This document shows, one piece after another, positions 1 through 8,341 of a DNA stretch of 32,837 nucleotides (positions within the stretch are counted from its first letter, which is position 1; every line of letters starts with the position of its first letter). The position numbers were made by a program, and so were the translations under genes. The notes under the pieces were generated by a model. It saw only the letters and a program-made list of their open reading frames with translations, did not search any database and had not been told where the DNA came from. Source of the DNA: Gaiellaceae bacterium (GTDB lineage: Bacteria; Actinomycetota; Thermoleophilia; Gaiellales; Gaiellaceae); assembly GCA_036741295.1 (NCBI GenBank), contig DAINSN010000001.1, positions 1 through 32,837 on the forward strand. Direction: 5' to 3'.

Positions 1-1018
1 CGTCGACGATCACGAGTGGCAGCTCGAGCGTGATCCCGAGCCCGATCGTCTCCTGTTTCAGCACGATGCCCGGGCCGCTCGAGGTAGAGACGCCGAGCGA
101 GCCGCCGAAGCTCGCGCCGAGCGCCGCGCCGACGGCGGCAATCTCATCTTCCGCTTGAAATGTGCGCACGCCGAAGTTCTTGTGGCGCGCAAGCTCCTCG
201 AGAACGGACGATGCCGGCGTGATCGGGTACGCGCCGAGGAACAGGGGCAGGCCTGACTTGACGGACGCCGCAATGAGCCCGTACGCGAGCGCCTGGTTGC
301 CCGTGATGTTGCGGTAGAGCCCCGGCTTCATCGTCGCCGGCTTGACCTCGTATTGCACAGCAAACGCCTCGGTGGTCTCGCCGAACGCGTACCCGGTCTG
401 GAACGCCTTCACGTTCGCCGCAGCAATCTCGGGCCGCTTCGCGAACTTCGACTCGAGAAAGGCGATCGTCCCCTCGGTGGGACGCCCGTAGAGCCAGGAC
501 ATCAGCCCGAGCGCGAACATGTTCTTGGCGCGCTCCGCCTCGCGCTTCGTGATGCCCTCGATCTCCTTCAGCGCCTCGATCGTCATCGACGTGAGGGGGA
601 TCGCATGGACCTCGAACGACTCGAGCGATCCGTCCTCGAGCGGATTGCCGTCGTAGCCCGCCTTCGTCAGGTTGCGGTCGGTAAATGCGTCCTTGTCGAC
701 GACGAGGATCCCGCTCGGCGGCAGGTCGTTGAGGTTCGTCTTCAATGCGGCGGGGTTCATGGCGACGAGGACGTTCGGCTGGTCGCCCGGCGTGAGGATG
801 TCGTGGTCGGCGAAGTGGAGCTGGAAGCCGGAGACGCCCGGGAGGGAGCCTGCCGGGGCGCGGATCTCGGCCGGAAAGTCCGGATACGTGGCCAGGTCGT
901 TACCGACCAGCGCCGTCTCGGAGGTGAAGCGGCCGCCGGTCAGCTGCATCCCGTCGCCGGAGTCCCCGGCGAACCGGATCACGACGGAATCGAGCTGCTC
1001 GACGGGCTTGGAGGCCAC
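1..1018 (-). CDS. korA: 2-oxoglutarate/2-oxoacid:ferredoxin oxidoreductase alpha subunit (fused KorA type); 3' end lies outside the window
   Basis: I translated the minus strand from GTG at 1018, which is preceded in frame by TAA at 1024..1022. The product reads VASKPVEQLDSVVIRFAGDSGDGMQLTGGRFTSE...MKPGLYRNITGNQALAYGLIAASVKSGLPLFLGAYPITPASSVLEELARHKNFGVRTFQAEDEIAAVGAALGASFGGSLGVSTSSGPG. This matches the typical KorA N-terminus and pyruvate-flavodoxin-oxidoreductase-type core. It is absent from the ORF track because it runs off the window edge. Confidence 0.85.
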   Translation of the reverse strand, partial: MASKPVEQLDSVVIRFAGDSGDGMQLTGGRFTSETALVGNDLATYPDFPAEIRAPAGSLPGVSGFQLHFADHDILTPGDQPNVLVAMNPAALKTNLNDLPPSGILVVDKDAFTDRNLTKAGYDGNPLEDGSLESFEVHAIPLTSMTIEALKEIEGITKREAERAKNMFALGLMSWLYGRPTEGTIAFLESKFAKRPEIAAANVKAFQTGYAFGETTEAFAVQYEVKPATMKPGLYRNITGNQALAYGLIAASVKSGLPLFLGAYPITPASSVLEELARHKNFGVRTFQAEDEIAAVGAALGASFGGSLGVSTSSGPGIVLKQETIGLGITLELPLVIVD

Positions 1019-1048
1019 GTCTTAGTTGTAGCGCAACCGCCCGGCGGA

Positions 1049-1081
1049 GATAGGTCCCAGGGACTGTCCCTGGGACCTATC
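1049..1081. repeat. Perfect 33-bp palindrome (16-bp arms, 1-nt centre) between the stop of the upstream minus-strand gene and the korA start
   Basis: GATAGGTCCCAGGGAC-T-GTCCCTGGGACCTATC. I verified each base: 1049..1064 is the exact reverse complement of 1066..1081. It lies 8 nt after the stop at 1089..1091 and 30 nt upstream of the korA GTG. No U-tract follows on either strand. Confidence 0.9.
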
Positions 1082-1088
1082 GGTTTGC

Positions 1089-1946
1089 TCAGCAGGACGG
1101 CGGCGTGACGAGGCCGGGCGTCCAGCTCTCAGCGTCGTAGAAGCAGAACGATTCGACCTCGCTCACCGATCCGGAGAACCCGCCCGGCGGCTGGAGCAAC
1201 AGCACGGACGAGGACGTCGTCCACGAGCCCCCGTCCATGTCGATCCATAGGGCACCGGAATCGACGAGAAGAGATGGCGAACGATCATGCCTCGCCCGGA
1301 AGCCGGATCGTGGATCGCGAACCACGTCCCGTTCCAGTTGGATACCGCGCAGCCGAACTCGCAGTCGTTCCCAACCTCTGTCGCCAGCGCGGTGCCGGCT
1401 CCGTCGGGATGGATCACGACCGAGTAGCGGTCCCGTGGGTAAAGACGCGGGATGTAGGGACGGAAGTCGTGAATGAAAGGTGTCGACCCGAAAGAGAACT
1501 TGCGGTGGACGAGAATCCGGTCGACCCCGCTCCCTTGATCGAAGAAGCGGTACTTGGTCTGAACCGGTATGCCGCTCGTCCCGAAACATCCCGAGGCCGC
1601 CGAGTCGACGCGCACACCTTAGCTGCCCTGGTCTGACCACGTGCCCTTCGTTCCCCAGCCGACGGGCGAGACGAAGTCGGCACCGCCGCTTGTTCCCCAG
1701 CTGTTACCGAAGTACTCAGAATCGCCGCCGGGGCAGAACGGATGCTCCCAGGAGTTCGTGAGGTTTGGCGATCCGTTCCAGGAAAGCTGGGAAATCTCCT
1801 CGGGAATCGACGAGCTCCACTGAACCTGGAGCCGTCCCGCCGTGACGGTACGGGTGCCGCTGTCCACGCCGGCCCGAATGAGCCCCGCTGAAATGAGCCC
1901 GATCGGCCACGACGGCCGCCAGTGAGAAAAGTGCTCGAACGGTCAT
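1089..1946 (-). pseudogene. Disrupted gene for a secreted or membrane-anchored Cys-containing protein of unknown function (two frameshifts plus one in-frame TAA), or alternatively 2-3 small separate ORFs
   Basis: ATG at 1946 has a strong SD (AAGGAG at 1957..1952, 5-nt spacer) and starts a signal-like MTVRALFSLAAVVA. GC3-rich, protein-like coding then continues in the other frame (IGLISAGLIRAGVDSGTRTVTAGRLQVQWSS...). ORFs 1619..1867 and 1163..1615 share one frame and are separated only by TAA at 1621..1619. Around the C5 run at 1228..1232 the GC3-rich frame switches back to that of ORF 1089..1640 (...GGSWTTSSSVLLLQPPGGFSGSVSEVESFCFYDAESWTPGLVTPPSC). Confidence 0.5.
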
Positions 1947-2012
1947 TGGGTCTCCTTTCCGAAGACCCTGAGATGAGCTGAGGCAGCCCTAACCGCGGCC
2001 TAATCCTCCCGA

Positions 2013-2687
2013 TCAGCGCTCTGCGTCGAGCTCCAGGCCGACCGCCGCGAAGTTGTAGAGCAGGAAGTACGCGAAGCTCAGCGCCAGGGTGAACACCAGT
2101 GTCACCGTGATCGCCTCCTGGTAGGCGAAGGGGTCGCGCGCCACGGTGTGAAGGATCCGCGGCAGGACGCTTGGATGCTCGACCGCGTCCCAGCTATTGA
2201 GGCGCAAGAAACGGCCGAGATAGATCCCGAGCGAGCCCAAGCCGATTGCGAAGAACGCAAAGACCCAGCCCGCGACCGCGCCCCGCCACTGACGGACGAC
2301 GGTCTGCATCAAGTACAGGGAAGCAAAGCCCAGGATCACACCCATCCAGGCGAACGCGGCGATCGTGACCGCGTCGTACCAGTACGGAGCCAGCGGGTCG
2401 TGCTGCAGGTGGACGAAGTCGGTCGCGATGTACGGCGCGTTCGGGAAGAAGAGCAGCCAGAACCCGCCCAGCACCAGGAGCAGCATGCCGCCGCGACGGC
2501 GCCGCCAACGGTCGTAGACGAAGACCGCAAGCGCAAACGGAATCCACGCGAGGAAGAGATTCCAGATCAGGTAGCGGAAGTCGACGTTCCCTGTGTGCGC
2601 GTCGCGCACGAGGACGAGTGCGACGCAGAAGAGCGACGCGAGGAAGAGGCCCAGGAAAGTCGCGAGTCGACGGCGACTGAAACGCAT
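2013..2687 (-). CDS. DUF1361-family integral membrane protein
   Basis: 224-aa ORF with multiple hydrophobic spans and the FFPNAPYIATDFVHL motif typical of DUF1361. Its ATG lies 2 nt after the stop of the upstream VOC gene. Confidence 0.75.
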   Translation of the reverse strand: MRFSRRRLATFLGLFLASLFCVALVLVRDAHTGNVDFRYLIWNLFLAWIPFALAVFVYDRWRRRRGGMLLLVLGGFWLLFFPNAPYIATDFVHLQHDPLAPYWYDAVTIAAFAWMGVILGFASLYLMQTVVRQWRGAVAGWVFAFFAIGLGSLGIYLGRFLRLNSWDAVEHPSVLPRILHTVARDPFAYQEAITVTLVFTLALSFAYFLLYNFAAVGLELDAER

Positions 2688-2689
2688 CG

Positions 2690-3169
2690 TCAGTCCGCTT
2701 CGGCCAGCAGCGTCTGGAGGTCGAGCGGCTCCGAGACCATCGACATGCTGCCGTCACCCGCGCGCGGCCACTCCTCCTTCGGACGGTCGCGGTAGAGCTC
2801 GATGCCGTTGTCGTCGGGATCCCGGAGATAGATCGCCTCGCTCACGCCGTGGTCGGTCGCGCCGCTCAGCGGGATCCCGGCCTCGACGAGCTGCTTCAAC
2901 GCCTGCGCGAGCGCCTTGCGGTCCGGATAGCGGATCGCTACGTGGTAGAGGCCGGTCGTGCCGGGCGGTGGCGGCGAACCGCCTTTCGACTCCCACGTGT
3001 TGAGACCGATGTGGTGGTGGTATCCACCGGCGGAGATGAACGCAGCTTGGTCGCCGTAGCGCTGCATCTCTTCGAAGCCGAGGACGTCACGGTAGAACGC
3101 CAGCGCGCGGTCGATGTCGCTCACCTTCAGGTGGACGTGGCCGATGTCCACGCGCGGATCGATCGCCAT
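2690..3169 (-). CDS. VOC-superfamily protein (glyoxalase/bleomycin-resistance/extradiol dioxygenase-like)
   Basis: 159-aa ORF with IGHVHLKVSDIDRALAFYRDVLGFEE...GGYHHHIGLNTW...GLYHVAIRYPDR...SEAIYLRDPDDNGIELYRD, the classic paired beta-alpha-beta-beta-beta VOC signature. Confidence 0.85.
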   Translation of the reverse strand: MAIDPRVDIGHVHLKVSDIDRALAFYRDVLGFEEMQRYGDQAAFISAGGYHHHIGLNTWESKGGSPPPPGTTGLYHVAIRYPDRKALAQALKQLVEAGIPLSGATDHGVSEAIYLRDPDDNGIELYRDRPKEEWPRAGDGSMSMVSEPLDLQTLLAEAD

Positions 3170-4625
3170 CAGCCGGCAACGCTACCGGTGCAAGTGCGAT
3201 CCCGGCCAGGGCCCAGAGGCAATACGCAATCCATGGGTCGCCGATGACATCCGTCTGGACAGCGAGCACGAGGGACGCTCCGAATGCTGCCGCGATGCCG
3301 CCGGCCGCCCACCAGCGCGTGCGGCGCGCAGTCGTGACGAGGCCGGCGAAGATCGCGAGCCCCCACCCGATCCAAAGCAGCGCCCCGAACAACCCAGTCT
3401 CGGCGCCGATCTCCGTGTAGTTCGACTCCCCGGCCTTGATCGCCGTCCCGGTGCGCGAGGCCGTCTGGCCCGCGTTGCCGAGCCCGAAGCCCTGCGGATG
3501 GTGGACGACGGTGCGCACACCTTCGCGAAGGCTGACCCAATGGCTATGAATCGAAGGCTCGTCGATGCTGCCGGCACTGCCGCTCGCACCCGGTTGTTGC
3601 TTCGCGTTGTTGCGTTGCTGCACCAGGTCCTGCTGCGTCCATTTCCCTTGCGGCGCGACGTGCGGGAAGACGTGCACCCAGGCAACGCTGACGGCCAGCG
3701 TCGCGATCACGGCAGCAATAGGCCACCAGCGCCGTGTGACGAAGGCAAGCACGACGAAACCGGCGGCGAGCGCAAGCAGTGACGAACGCGAGAAGGTAAA
3801 GAGCAGTCCCGCAAAGATCACCGCACTCAACGGGATCAGGATGCGGGGCCGGCGCAGGAACGCGGCGCCGAGCAATAGCGCCACAACGAACGCGTACGCG
3901 CTCGCGAGCGGCCCGAGGAAGGTCGACACCAGCCGGCGGTAGAACCCCGCCGCATCGCCGCCGTTGTTGAACACGAAGTTCTCCGGCAGGCGGCCGGTGC
4001 CGTGGTAGTCGTAGCCGAGGTGCTTGTGGAAGTAGTCGACGACCGCGGAGTCGCGCCACCACGAGATCGGAACCAAGAAGTCGTCGAGGAGCCCGAGCAC
4101 GGCGACGGCAGCTGCCGTACCGACGACGGTCCAGACGAGCCGGACGAGCTCCTCGCCGCGGAGGATCACGGAGCGGCCGAGGAAGTAGGCGCCGACCGGA
4201 ACGAGATCGTGCTTGAGCGCGAGGCCGACCGCCGACCGGTCGGCCGTTCCGCCGAGCCAGTCTTGCGGCAGGACCGCGTACACGCAGACGAGTGCCGCGA
4301 ACGCGAGGGCGAGAACGTCGGCGGGGTGAATCCGAAAGGCAAGCCGGCTGGTGCGGAGGACCTCGAGGGCGACCCGCGCGAGCGCGACGCCGAGCAGGAT
4401 CTCCTTCCACGCCTGAACGGCGGTCAGAGTCGCGCCGCGAACGCCCGCGCCGTAGAGCGTTGCCATGACGGCGTTGTGGGCGGCCAGGCCGACGATCCAC
4501 GCGTAGAGCGCGAAGACAGGCCGCCGCCAGACCAGGACCGCGCCGGGCACGAGCAGGAGCCCGTAGAACGCGACCGCGAGCCCTGAAGCCATCAGGCGGG
4601 TAGTAAACCGGGCGGGGAACGCCAC
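3087..4625 (-). CDS. O-antigen ligase/polymerase-like (Wzy_C) polytopic membrane protein
   Basis: 512-aa ORF with about 10-12 hydrophobic spans, an FSRSSLLALAAGFVVLA segment and a large periplasmic loop typical of the O-antigen ligase family. The start could be GTG 4625 or ATG 4592. The low-complexity C-terminal tail overlaps the VOC gene by 83 nt in another frame. Confidence 0.7.
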   Translation of the reverse strand: MAFPARFTTRLMASGLAVAFYGLLLVPGAVLVWRRPVFALYAWIVGLAAHNAVMATLYGAGVRGATLTAVQAWKEILLGVALARVALEVLRTSRLAFRIHPADVLALAFAALVCVYAVLPQDWLGGTADRSAVGLALKHDLVPVGAYFLGRSVILRGEELVRLVWTVVGTAAAVAVLGLLDDFLVPISWWRDSAVVDYFHKHLGYDYHGTGRLPENFVFNNGGDAAGFYRRLVSTFLGPLASAYAFVVALLLGAAFLRRPRILIPLSAVIFAGLLFTFSRSSLLALAAGFVVLAFVTRRWWPIAAVIATLAVSVAWVHVFPHVAPQGKWTQQDLVQQRNNAKQQPGASGSAGSIDEPSIHSHWVSLREGVRTVVHHPQGFGLGNAGQTASRTGTAIKAGESNYTEIGAETGLFGALLWIGWGLAIFAGLVTTARRTRWWAAGGIAAAFGASLVLAVQTDVIGDPWIAYCLWALAGIALAPVALPADGDRSARGHRPRPPEGERHRPRAGVLP

Positions 4626-4791
4626 AGGCGCCCCCGCCCGCTAAACGTCAAATCAGTCGCCCCAGGGATGCATAGGTTCCCCTCCTCCCAGACAGAATCC
4701 GCAAATCGAGGGGCTTATGTTGTCATGAGGAAGCGCCGATTGACAGAGCGTGGCCCCAGAAGGGAATTTGACTTATGTCCGAGAACTCCTG

Positions 4792-6129
4792 ATGATCCCA
4801 TTCAGCGTGACCGAGGGCGACACGACAGAGGGCATAGGAGCCCGCCTCAAACGCTTGCGTTTGGCGCGGGGCTTCTCCCAGCGGGATCTCTCATCTCCCG
4901 GAGTCTCGTATGCATACATCTCGCGGATCGAAGCGGGCGCCCGCACGCCGTCGGTCAAGGCACTCCGCAAGCTGGCGCAGAAGCTGGGGGTCTCGGTCGA
5001 GTATCTCGAGACCGGCCGTGACATTCGCGAGGTCGACGACCGCGAGCTCAAGCTTGCGGACGCAGAACTTCAGCTTCGCCTCGAGTCCGACACGACCTCG
5101 GCCGAGCAGAAGCTTCAGGAGGTCCTCGCGGACGCGCACGCGTCGGGCGATCGGATCTCGGCGAGTCGAGCTGCGATTGGGCTCGGGCTCGCGGCCGCCC
5201 AGCGCGGCAATCACCTCGACGCGGTCGAACGGCTGGAGTCCGCCCTCGAGTACAAGCGTGTTCCCCCCCATCTTCGCCCCGACGTGTACTCGACTCTCGG
5301 CCAGTCCTACGCCGCTCTCGGCGCACCCGACCGCGCCGCGCGGCTCTTCGAGCAATGCCTCGAAGACGTAACCGAGTCGACGCCCGAGGACGTGACGCTC
5401 CAGGTCCGCTATGCAACGTTCCTGAGCTATGCGCTGAGCGATGCAGGGGACTACGACCGCGCAGCCGATGTCGTTCGCGAAGCGTTGGGCCGGGTGGGCG
5501 ATTCTGCCGACGGCTACACCCGCGTGCGGCTCTACTGGTCACTCGCTCGTGTGGCCGCGATCGAAGGTCGTTCGGCGGAAGCGCTCACGCAAATCCGCAG
5601 GGCGATCGCGCTCCTCGAGGCAACCGACAACACGCTACAGCTCGCGCGCGGCTACCTCCTTGCGGCCGGCATCGAGTCAATGGAGGGGCACGTTGAGGAA
5701 ACGCGGCAGCAACTCGAAATCGCCGCACGGCTCCTGGGCCCCTCTCCGGAACCTGTCGACCTCGGAATGCTGCGCATCGGCGAGTCTCGCCTGGCCGTGC
5801 TCGAGGGCGACGCTGGTCGGGCGGTCGAGTTCGCGAGGGATGCGCTGGCGATCTTCGGGGACTTTCATGGGCCGGAGCTCGGGTCGGCCTGTTGGGCACT
5901 GGCTCGCGGACTGGCGCTCGACGGCGACACCGAGGCCGCAATCCAGACGTATCGGCGTGCAGTCGATCTTCTGACCGTGCACGGCCGGAGACACACCGCG
6001 GGGATGGCCTCGCTCGACTGGGCTTCGCTCCTCCAGGAGCAAGGGCAAGGCGACGAGGCGGAGCCGATCCTCCGCCGCGCGTACGATCTCGGCGTGGACG
6101 CCGAGACCGCAGCACACCGCAAGAGTTGA
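4792..6129 (+). CDS. XRE-family HTH transcriptional regulator with a long TPR-like C-terminal domain (paralogue 1)
   Basis: The HTH reads IGARLKRLRLARGFSQRDLSSPGVSYAYISRIEAGARTPSVKALRKLAQKLGV and is followed by about 350 aa of helical-repeat sequence. ATG 4792 is preferred over the in-frame GTG 4750 of the track ORF. Confidence 0.8.
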   Translation: MIPFSVTEGDTTEGIGARLKRLRLARGFSQRDLSSPGVSYAYISRIEAGARTPSVKALRKLAQKLGVSVEYLETGRDIREVDDRELKLADAELQLRLESDTTSAEQKLQEVLADAHASGDRISASRAAIGLGLAAAQRGNHLDAVERLESALEYKRVPPHLRPDVYSTLGQSYAALGAPDRAARLFEQCLEDVTESTPEDVTLQVRYATFLSYALSDAGDYDRAADVVREALGRVGDSADGYTRVRLYWSLARVAAIEGRSAEALTQIRRAIALLEATDNTLQLARGYLLAAGIESMEGHVEETRQQLEIAARLLGPSPEPVDLGMLRIGESRLAVLEGDAGRAVEFARDALAIFGDFHGPELGSACWALARGLALDGDTEAAIQTYRRAVDLLTVHGRRHTAGMASLDWASLLQEQGQGDEAEPILRRAYDLGVDAETAAHRKS

Positions 6130-7013
6130 ACCTCGAGCGGGTCGTTCGCCCCGCCGGCCCGTACACGCTCGCTCTCTGCATGAAGCACGCGAGCGATGCA
6201 ACGCGGCACGTCCGTGACGGGACGCTGACGACGGCGCTGCGTGTCGGCGAGCGCGTGGAGGTTGCGACGGCGAGGCAGACGCTGGATGGAAGCGTGGTGC
6301 TGGGCGCCGCGAGCGAAGAAGGTCTGGAGCGTTTGCGGTTCGTCCTCGCCCTCGACGCCGACCACACCGAGTTCCTGCACCGCTTCGCGCGTGATCCGCT
6401 CATCGGCGAGACGGCTTCGCGGTTCCAGGGCATGCGGCAGCTTCGGCTGCCGACGGTGGCACAGAGCTTGCTGCGTGCGTTCTGCGGGCAGCTGATCGAC
6501 TCGCGCAGAGCGCGGCAACTCGAGCGCATCGTCGTGCGCGCCGTCGAGTCGCGCGTGGACGGAACCGATCTCCATGCGCCGCCGACGTGCACATCGCTGG
6601 CACGGTTCGCGCCGGTGCGGCTGCGCCAGCTCGGTTTGCACGCGAGTCGCGCGGCGGCGCTCGTCCGGATCTGCCGCTCCACCGATCTGGAGCGGCTGCA
6701 CGCGCTGCCCACGGCGAAGGCGGCGGCGTTCATCGAGCGGCAGAGGGGCCTCGGGCCGTGGTCGGCCGGCGTGGTCTGCCTCGAAGGGCTCGGACGCTAC
6801 GAGCGTGGACTGGTCGGCGACCTCGCACTGGTGAAGCTGATGTCGCGGCTGCGCGGCCGCTGGGTGGAGGCGCACGAGACCGCCGAGCTGCTCGCGCCCT
6901 ACGGCGAATGGGGCGGCCTGGCCGGCCTCTACCTCACGATGGGTTTCGCACACGGGCTGATACCGCTGCCCGAGGAACGGCCGGTCCGTTTCCCGCGGCC
7001 GGCGTACGCGTGA
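6126..7013 (+). CDS. HhH-GPD DNA glycosylase, AlkA-like (DNA-3-methyladenine glycosylase II family)
   Basis: The in-frame TTG at 6126 overlaps the regulator stop (TTGA). The N-terminus [17 protein letters not shown] and the HhH-GPD segment [31 protein letters not shown], which includes the catalytic-position Asp, fit the family. The upstream part of track ORF 5892..7013 overlaps the regulator and is not protein-like. Confidence 0.7.
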   Translation: MNLERVVRPAGPYTLALCMKHASDATRHVRDGTLTTALRVGERVEVATARQTLDGSVVLGAASEEGLERLRFVLALDADHTEFLHRFARDPLIGETASRFQGMRQLRLPTVAQSLLRAFCGQLIDSRRARQLERIVVRAVESRVDGTDLHAPPTCTSLARFAPVRLRQLGLHASRAAALVRICRSTDLERLHALPTAKAAAFIERQRGLGPWSAGVVCLEGLGRYERGLVGDLALVKLMSRLRGRWVEAHETAELLAPYGEWGGLAGLYLTMGFAHGLIPLPEERPVRFPRPAYA

Positions 7014-7510
7014 TCGAGCTCGTCCTCGGCGACATTACGGAACAGGAAGTCGACGCGATCGTCAACGCGGCGAATCCCAGCTTGCTCGGCGGCGGCGGCG
7101 TGGACGGCGCGATTCACCGCGCGGGTGGGCCGTCGATCCTGGAGGAGTGCCGCCTGCTCGGCGGCTGCGACCCCGGAGACGTGAAGCCGAGCTCGGGCGG
7201 GGCGCTGCCGGTGAAGTACGTGCTCCACGCCGTCGGCCCGATCTGGCGCGGCGGCGGCGAAGGCGAGGCCGAACTGCTCGCGTCGTGCCACCGCCGCGCG
7301 ATCGAGCTCGCAGACGAGCTCGGCTGCGGGTCGCTCGCGTTCCCCGCGATCTCGACCGGTGCGTACGGCTACCCGGTGGAGCTCGCGGCGCCGGTCGCGA
7401 TCGCGGCCACGAAGGCGGCCCTCGCTGAGCATCCCTCCGTCGAGCTGGCGCGGTTCGTCTTCCGCGACGAGAAGACACTCGGCCCTTACCTCGCCGCTCT
7501 GGGTTCTTAG
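7010..7510 (+). CDS. Macrodomain protein (MacroD/YmdB-type ADP-ribose or O-acetyl-ADP-ribose hydrolase)
   Basis: GTG 7010 overlaps the AlkA-like stop (GTGA). The product reads [40 protein letters not shown]...[14 protein letters not shown], which are canonical macrodomain motifs. Confidence 0.85.
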   Translation: MIELVLGDITEQEVDAIVNAANPSLLGGGGVDGAIHRAGGPSILEECRLLGGCDPGDVKPSSGGALPVKYVLHAVGPIWRGGGEGEAELLASCHRRAIELADELGCGSLAFPAISTGAYGYPVELAAPVAIAATKAALAEHPSVELARFVFRDEKTLGPYLAALGS

Positions 7511-7519
7511 ACTGCGGAG

Positions 7520-8341
7520 ATGGCTGCGAACCGGAAGATCGCGATTCTCGGCGCCGGGCGCATCGGCGAGTCCCTGCTGGCAGGGTTGCTCAGCTCGGGC
7601 TGGCGGAAGCCGGGAGACATCGTCGTCACCGCGCGGCGTGAGGAGCGGCTGAAGGAGCTCGCCGACCGCCACGGTGTCAAGGCAACCCTGTCCAACCCCG
7701 AGGCGGTCGCCGATGCCGGGCTGGTTGTGATCGCGGTCAAGCCGCAGGACTTCGACGTCCTGCTCGGCGAGATCGGCGGGCTGCTCACGCCCGAACAGAC
7801 GGTCCTCTCCGTCGCCGCCGCGATTCCGACTGCGCAGATCGAGGCACGTCTCGCAGCGGGCGTTCCGGTCGTGCGCGCCATGCCGAACGCCCCCGCTCTC
7901 GTGCACGAGGGCATCGCCGGCATTTGCGCGGGCGCACACGCCGACGACGAGCAGCTCGACCTCGCGGAGGACGTGCTCGCACATCTGGGCAGGGTCGTGC
8001 GCGTGCCGGAGCGCTACATGGACGCCGTCACCGCCGTGTCCGGCTCCGGGCCCGCATACTTCGCGCTGCTCGCGGAAGCGATGATCGACGCGGGAATCCT
8101 GCTCGGCCTCGGGCGCGAGACGTCGACGCAACTCGTTGTCCAGACGATGTTCGGGACCGCCAAGCTCCTCCGCGACGAGGAGATGCACCCGGTCGAGCTG
8201 CGCGAAGCGGTGACATCACCCGGCGGGACCACGATTTACGCAATCCGGGAGTTGGAACAAGCGGGTGTACGCGCTGCGTTCCTGAACGCGATACAAGCAG
8301 CGATGGAAAGATCGAAAGAGCTCGCAGCCGGCGATTCGTGA
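7520..8341 (+). CDS. proC: Pyrroline-5-carboxylate reductase
   Basis: 273-aa ORF with a Rossmann N-terminus IAILGAGRIGESL, then AVKPQD, RAMPNAPALV, GSGPAYFALLAEAMIDAG and SPGGTT motifs. Confidence 0.9.
   Translation: MAANRKIAILGAGRIGESLLAGLLSSGWRKPGDIVVTARREERLKELADRHGVKATLSNPEAVADAGLVVIAVKPQDFDVLLGEIGGLLTPEQTVLSVAAAIPTAQIEARLAAGVPVVRAMPNAPALVHEGIAGICAGAHADDEQLDLAEDVLAHLGRVVRVPERYMDAVTAVSGSGPAYFALLAEAMIDAGILLGLGRETSTQLVVQTMFGTAKLLRDEEMHPVELREAVTSPGGTTIYAIRELEQAGVRAAFLNAIQAAMERSKELAAGDS

Noticed and set aside
1049-1081. IdeR/DtxR iron box, because the palindrome starts TAGGT and ends ACCTA
   Set aside because: The spacing and inner sequence (33 bp, GTCCCAGGGAC core) do not fit the 19-bp TTAGGTTAGGCTAACCTAA consensus.
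5892-6125. N-terminal extensions of track ORFs (5892..7013, 6587..7510, 7924..9024, 28207..30342, 14606..17287)
   Set aside because: In each case the extension overlaps the preceding well-supported gene in another frame and is compositionally non-protein-like. Conserved N-termini begin at the internal TTG, GTG or ATG used in the feature table.
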